A stretch of DNA of 64,000 nt from a bacterium (GTDB taxonomy: Bacteria; UBA8248; JACPRG01; G963555815): positions 416,001 to 480,000 of the forward strand of contig CBDHDG010000005.1 in the NCBI GenBank assembly GCA_965261595.1, in the 5' to 3' direction. Positions 59,241 to 64,000 of the stretch are shown piece by piece; positions within the stretch are counted from its first letter, which is position 1; the number at the start of each line of letters is the position of its first letter. A program made the position numbers and the translations under genes. The notes under the pieces were generated by a model. It saw only the letters and a list, made by a program, of their open reading frames with translations, did no database searches and had not been told where the DNA came from.

Positions 59241-60317
59241 ATGGATGAATCCGCCGCTTACATCGTTGAAGACCTCCGGAAATATTTCGACCAGGAAAAA
59301 GTCTGGTCGGATTTTGTGGGGTTGGAATACGAAAGCGCCGTCGAGGACATCCTGCGTCAGCTGCTGGAAGAAGAGCGGCTCGATTTTCGCAATCCGGCGC
59401 ACCAAAACCGAAAATTGCTCTACCGCTACGCCCTGCCGTACATCTGTTTCAGCATGCAACAGGCGAGGGAATACTTCGCCTCGGCCCGCGGCGCCACCCT
59501 GCTGACCAAACCGCTCCTCCTCTATTACGGAATGATGTCTTTCGTCCGGGCGCTGATCACCCTGGTCTCGCCGGACTTTTTCACCGACCAGGAGGATCTC
59601 TATCACGGCGTCAAGATGCTGGACCGCGGCCCCTCGAGCTATCGACTCGCCGACCGGCGGCTGCGCGTGGCGCGCAACGGTCTTTTCCCCCAGATGCACA
59701 CCATCATCAGCGGCGAAAAAACCATGGAGACGCCCCTGACCTTGCTCGATATCTTCACTCGGCTCCCCGACCTGTATTACAACTGTTTGTACATCTACGA
59801 CCTCTCGGATGAGGACATGAATTGCATCCGGCTGGTTCAGGCGGGCGTTCGGAAAGAGGACAAGGAAGGGACGATGTGGGTCCAAATCGAAGCGGAGGCC
59901 GGCAGGACGCTGAAACCGGAGCGGTTGCCCGGGCTTTTGTCGGAAGCGTTCCAGGAAGTGAACGGCGATCGCCCCGTCCACGTCTGGGTCAGTCGGACCC
60001 GGAGCGGTGCGCTCGTCGAGGTGGGAAAAATCCTTACCCAGCTCCGGGAATTGAGCCTGGATGAAGAGAAATTCCTGATCTGCCCGCTGCCCTCATCCAA
60101 AGGGAAGCAGGTTCAATTCTCCGAAGTCGAGCTCCACTATCTGCTGATGTTCTATCTGAGCAACATCGCCCGCTATCAGCCCCATCTCTGGGGAGAGATC
60201 TTGATCGGCCGAAAAACGGCGGAGACCCTGCTGGTGCGGAATTTTATCGAGAGCTCGGAAAAGAAGTTCCCCTGTCTCATCCACACACAAATCTTCCGGA
60301 ACATTCTCCTCGGCTGA
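59241..60317 (+). CDS. YaaC-like protein
   Basis: QAREYF, KPLLLYYGM, HG, LMFYLSNIARYQP..W. Confidence 0.7.
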   Translation: MDESAAYIVEDLRKYFDQEKVWSDFVGLEYESAVEDILRQLLEEERLDFRNPAHQNRKLLYRYALPYICFSMQQAREYFASARGATLLTKPLLLYYGMMSFVRALITLVSPDFFTDQEDLYHGVKMLDRGPSSYRLADRRLRVARNGLFPQMHTIISGEKTMETPLTLLDIFTRLPDLYYNCLYIYDLSDEDMNCIRLVQAGVRKEDKEGTMWVQIEAEAGRTLKPERLPGLLSEAFQEVNGDRPVHVWVSRTRSGALVEVGKILTQLRELSLDEEKFLICPLPSSKGKQVQFSEVELHYLLMFYLSNIARYQPHLWGEILIGRKTAETLLVRNFIESSEKKFPCLIHTQIFRNILLG

Positions 60318-60507
60318 ATCGGTTTGGACCCGACCGGACCGGGTCGATCCTCCCGGCGCGGACGCGGGTTGAGCGGCGGCCGGGTTGTGCAGCGCCCGGG
60401 ATCCGTGGCAGATTGAGGGGGACGAACCTGCTTCCCGGTGGAGTCCGGCCGGCGCCCGCGCGCGGATGCGGCTTCTTTGAATCCATGATTCACCCGAAGG
60501 AGGGACC

Positions 60508-61209
60508 ATGTCGACCGAGCTCCAGGAGCTGAAAGAAAAGATGGTTCTCGCCCACAAGATCATGGCCGCGGCGGGGGTCCTGCATATGAACCTGGGTCAC
60601 GCAAGCGTCAGGCTGCCCGAAGGGGACCGGATATTGATCCTGGGCCATCTGCATCACGTCGGAAAGGTGTTCGAGACGGTGACCGTGGATGACCTGAGCG
60701 TCATCGATCTGGATGGCAATCATGTGGACGGGGATCTCGAACCGCCGGGCGAGCGTTTCATTCATTCCGGCGTCTACAAGACCCGGCCCGATGTCGGCTC
60801 GGTCGTTCACGCCCATCCCTTCTGCGGCGTCGCCTGCACGATTGCCGGGCAGGACATCCTCCCCGTGGGCCATTGGGGGACGGTGTTCGCGCCCAAGGTT
60901 CCCGTGTATCCGAGCTCCGAGCAGATCGAATCCCAGCAGATGGGCGAGGACATCGCCGAGGTCATGGGGGACGCGCCTGCGGTGATGCTCTCCCAACACG
61001 GGGCCGTGACGGCGGGCAAATTCCTCGAGCAGGCGGTGGCCCTGATGATCAGCCTGGAACACACCGCGAGGCTGATCGCCGAGGCGAGCCGGATGGGGAC
61101 GCCCAAGCCCCTTCCCCAGGCGCAGATCGACAGTGACAAGGCGGTTCGGCTGAATCGGCCTTCCTTTTGGGAGAACCCCTGGGCCTACTGGTCTTCCAAG
61201 GTGTCGTGA
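60508..61209 (+). CDS. class II aldolase/adducin family protein
   Basis: GHASVR, ERFIHSGVY..RPDV.SVVHAHP, QHGAVTAG. Confidence 0.9.
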   Translation: MSTELQELKEKMVLAHKIMAAAGVLHMNLGHASVRLPEGDRILILGHLHHVGKVFETVTVDDLSVIDLDGNHVDGDLEPPGERFIHSGVYKTRPDVGSVVHAHPFCGVACTIAGQDILPVGHWGTVFAPKVPVYPSSEQIESQQMGEDIAEVMGDAPAVMLSQHGAVTAGKFLEQAVALMISLEHTARLIAEASRMGTPKPLPQAQIDSDKAVRLNRPSFWENPWAYWSSKVS

Positions 61210-61341
61210 CCGGCCGCGTTCTCCGGCCGGGGATTCACCGGCGCGGGGTCAAGGGGGGATTTCGGGGAATGCCGGTTTCCGCCCTTGTTCGTCCGGCGGG
61301 GTCCGGAGGCTTCGGGGAGGGGGGACGCCGGGAGGGGGCCT

Positions 61342-61713
61342 TCAACCCAGGATGTCGGTCATCTTGACCATGACGCTGCTTTCCAGGTAGTCCAAGTCGA
61401 TGGGATTGGTGATGTAGTCGTGGGCGCCGTCGGCGATGGCCTGCCTGGCGATGTCTTCATCCTGGACAGCCGTAATCATGATGATGCCCATGCGGGGATT
61501 CAACGTCTTCGCGTGTTCGAGGACCTCGATGCCGTCCATCTCGGGCATTCGGATGTCCAGAAGCATCAGGTGGGGTTCTTCGCTCTTGATCTTCTCCAGC
61601 GCCTCTTCCCCGTTGAGGGCGGTGATGATCTGATATCCCAGCGGTTCCAGGAAAGCCCCCAGGAATTTGCAGGTTTCGATTTCATCGTCGACGATCAAGA
61701 TTTTCGGTGTCAT
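61342..61713 (-). CDS. single-domain response regulator
   Basis: ILIVDDE, LLDIRMPEMDG, ITA, YITNP. Confidence 0.92.
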   Translation of the reverse strand: MTPKILIVDDEIETCKFLGAFLEPLGYQIITALNGEEALEKIKSEEPHLMLLDIRMPEMDGIEVLEHAKTLNPRMGIIMITAVQDEDIARQAIADGAHDYITNPIDLDYLESSVMVKMTDILG

Positions 61714-61844
61714 TGAGTTGTTTCCATTCCGATCAACCGCTTAAGCCGTGGCCGAATCCAGCCCCTCCGAGGGCCGCCCAACGCTCGATTCCGACGGTCC
61801 GTCAGTCCACCGCCTGACTGAATTCTCTCCGGGTTGGTTCTGCG

Positions 61845-64000
61845 CTACGCCCCGGGAAGCGCGGCGATTCGGGGAACCTCCAGATGGAACGTTGCGCCCA
61901 CGCCCACCTCGCTTTGGACGTCAATCCGGCCCCCGTGATTTTCGATGATGCCGTGGACAATGGAAAGCCCCAGCCCCGTCCCCTCCGCCACATCCTTGGT
62001 CGTGAAAAAGGGGTCGAAAATATGGGGGAGCGCCTCAGGCGGAATCCCCACACCCTCGTCTTTGACGCTGCACCGCACCCATGGCTCTCCCCCCCGGTTC
62101 ACGGATTCGGCCGAAAGGGTGACGGCGCCCTTCTGGTCCATGGCGTCCAGGGCGTTGTTGATCAGGTTGATAAAAACCTGGGAAATCTGATCACGATCCG
62201 CCTCCACCGTGATCGGAGTCTCCGGGAGCTTGAGCTGGTACGTTGGGCCGGCCATCCGGAATTGGGGTTCCAGCATGGCCAGGGTGTCCCGGATGAGCTC
62301 CAGGATGTCGAACCGCGTGACGGAGGAGTCTTCCTCTCTCGAGAAGCGGCGCAGGCCGCCGCAGATCTTGGCGATCCGCTTGACGCTCTGATAGATGGTT
62401 TCGCAGGATTTGCGGACTGCCGAGGGGTCTTGCGGGGTCCGTATCAGTCCCTGCGCGTGCATGCCGATAATGTTGGCCGGATTCAGGATCTCGTGCGCCG
62501 CGCCCGCGGTCAGGCGTCCCAAGGAGGCGAGCTTCTCGTTGCGCAGCAACATTTCCTGCGCCCGGATTCGCTCGGTGATGTCGCGGGCCAGCGCCAGGAT
62601 CCGCCGGTGTCCGCCCGACTGGATGAGCCCGAGTCGGATCTCGACCGGGAAGGTCTCCCCGTTCTTGCGCCGGTGCATCCCTTCGATCGTCAGGGTTTTT
62701 CCGTCCTCGACAGTTTTCCACATCCGCTCCAGCATTTCGTCGTTGAAATTCACATCGATCTCGCCAACGGACAGCTTCAACAGCTCTTCCCGCGAGTAGC
62801 CCAAGGTGTCGCACGCCTGCTGATTGACATCGACAAACCGGCCGTCGAGGCCATGGACGAACACAGCGTCCGCCGCTTGCTCGACCAGGCTTCGAAAGCG
62901 CTCCTCGCTTTCCCGAAGGGCCTGCTCAGTGCGCTTTTGGGCCCCGATGTCCCGGTGGATTGCGATGAATCCTTCAAATTCCCCGTCCTGGTCCCGGAGC
63001 GTCGATAGGCTGATCGAGACCTCCAGCGGGGCGCCGTCTTTGCGGTGCATTACGGTTTCGATGGGAGAGACCTCCTCCTCCGCAATCAGCCGGTTGCGGT
63101 ACGTCATCATTCGGTCTCTGGGCCCCGGATCCCTGGCCAACAGGTTCAGAAAATTTTTTCCGACGGCTTCGCGCGCGGTGTGCCCATACAGGGCCTCCGC
63201 GCCCGGATTCCAAGAGGTGACGACCCCTTCGGCATTGACCGTGAGAATCCCATCCGTCGCGCTGCGGACCAGGTTGTCCAGCCGTTCGCCCGTTTCCCGG
63301 ACCTGGGCGTACAGTTCCGCGTTCTTCATGGCGATCGCCAGGTGGTCGGCCACGGAAACCAGCAGGTCGATGTGTTCCGGCGTGAAGGCGTCCACCTGTT
63401 CGGAGACGACGCTCAACGCCCCGATGCAGGACCCTTCGCTTAAAACGGGGACCGTCACGACGGACAGCAGTCCCTGCGAAGCGAGTGAGAGAAGCCGGGC
63501 GTAAGGACCGTCTCGGGTGTCCGGCGTATAGAGAGGCGCGTGGGTCTCGAAAAGTCTTTCATACTGGCTGCCGGTCAGATCCCTTCGTGATTCGACCCAC
63601 CCTTCCCGCGGCTCGTTGATGTCCACCGTCCAATAATCCGTGATGGATTTCCGCTTTTCGTCGATGGCGTACAGGGCGCTGCCCACGCAGGGCGCCAGCC
63701 GTCTGACTTGCTCCACAGCGATTTTAAACAGCGCTTCCAGCTCCAGGGTGGAGTTGACCCCCTTGGCGATCTCCTCCAGGATCTCCAGATTCGTGGCCCG
63801 CCGCTGGACTTCCGCGAAGAGCCGGGAGTTATCGATGGCGATGGCGGCTTGGTCCGCGAAGGCCTGACTGGTGGCGACCAGGTCCGGCCTCAATTCCTGT
63901 AGGGTGTCGAAGCAGAAGGTCATGGCCCCGATGATCTTTCCCCGAACCCGGAGGGGAAGGATGAGGGCCGAGCGGAGACCCTCCCGCTCCACCCACTCGC
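61845..64000 (-). CDS. GAF/PAS sensor histidine kinase (5' part outside the window)
   Basis: Two GAF and two PAS domains; AHEILNP, QVFINL..NA.DA, D.GVGI, FDPFFTTK, GTGLGL. Confidence 0.93.
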   Translation of the reverse strand, partial: EWVEREGLRSALILPLRVRGKIIGAMTFCFDTLQELRPDLVATSQAFADQAAIAIDNSRLFAEVQRRATNLEILEEIAKGVNSTLELEALFKIAVEQVRRLAPCVGSALYAIDEKRKSITDYWTVDINEPREGWVESRRDLTGSQYERLFETHAPLYTPDTRDGPYARLLSLASQGLLSVVTVPVLSEGSCIGALSVVSEQVDAFTPEHIDLLVSVADHLAIAMKNAELYAQVRETGERLDNLVRSATDGILTVNAEGVVTSWNPGAEALYGHTAREAVGKNFLNLLARDPGPRDRMMTYRNRLIAEEEVSPIETVMHRKDGAPLEVSISLSTLRDQDGEFEGFIAIHRDIGAQKRTEQALRESEERFRSLVEQAADAVFVHGLDGRFVDVNQQACDTLGYSREELLKLSVGEIDVNFNDEMLERMWKTVEDGKTLTIEGMHRRKNGETFPVEIRLGLIQSGGHRRILALARDITERIRAQEMLLRNEKLASLGRLTAGAAHEILNPANIIGMHAQGLIRTPQDPSAVRKSCETIYQSVKRIAKICGGLRRFSREEDSSVTRFDILELIRDTLAMLEPQFRMAGPTYQLKLPETPITVEADRDQISQVFINLINNALDAMDQKGAVTLSAESVNRGGEPWVRCSVKDEGVGIPPEALPHIFDPFFTTKDVAEGTGLGLSIVHGIIENHGGRIDVQSEVGVGATFHLEVPRIAALPGA

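Noticed and set aside
1..64000. Genome-wide TGA reassignment (code 4 or 25)
   Set aside because: Many genes end correctly at TGA, including ATGA overlaps, and Trp is encoded by TGG.
1..64000. tRNA/rRNA genes, including tRNA-Sec, and selABD
   Set aside because: None was recognised by eye; Sec machinery, if present, must lie outside this window.

Overview
This is a GC-rich bacterial chromosome segment dominated by accessory catabolic and redox genes: three xanthine-dehydrogenase-family Mo subunits, two hydantoinase/oxoprolinase A+B pairs, three SDRs, UbiD, a cyclase, a flavin oxidoreductase, three OsmC-like proteins and two Rieske ferredoxins. It also carries egtD, two ArnT-like glycosyltransferases and housekeeping genes at the right end (recJ, dacB, a two-component pair). 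Main observations: (1) Two ORFs split by the ORF caller each have an in-frame TGA exactly where their family has a catalytic or Zn-binding Cys, and each is followed by a hairpin with GGU at +20..+22. These are a cobalamin-independent methionine synthase II-like protein (HL-U-RGN) and an OsmC-like protein, both probable selenoproteins; the first may be an undescribed selenoprotein family. (2) A transposase-less cassette with about 80-bp inverted repeats carries a DNA methyltransferase-endonuclease fusion gene. It sits inside a lipoprotein gene and was itself hit by an IS3-family element. (3) A candidate Moco-type RNA leader precedes a molybdoenzyme operon. Several frameshifts, some at G8 tracts, suggest assembly indels, so single-base claims need read-level checking. 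All product calls come from motif recognition by eye; no searches were run.
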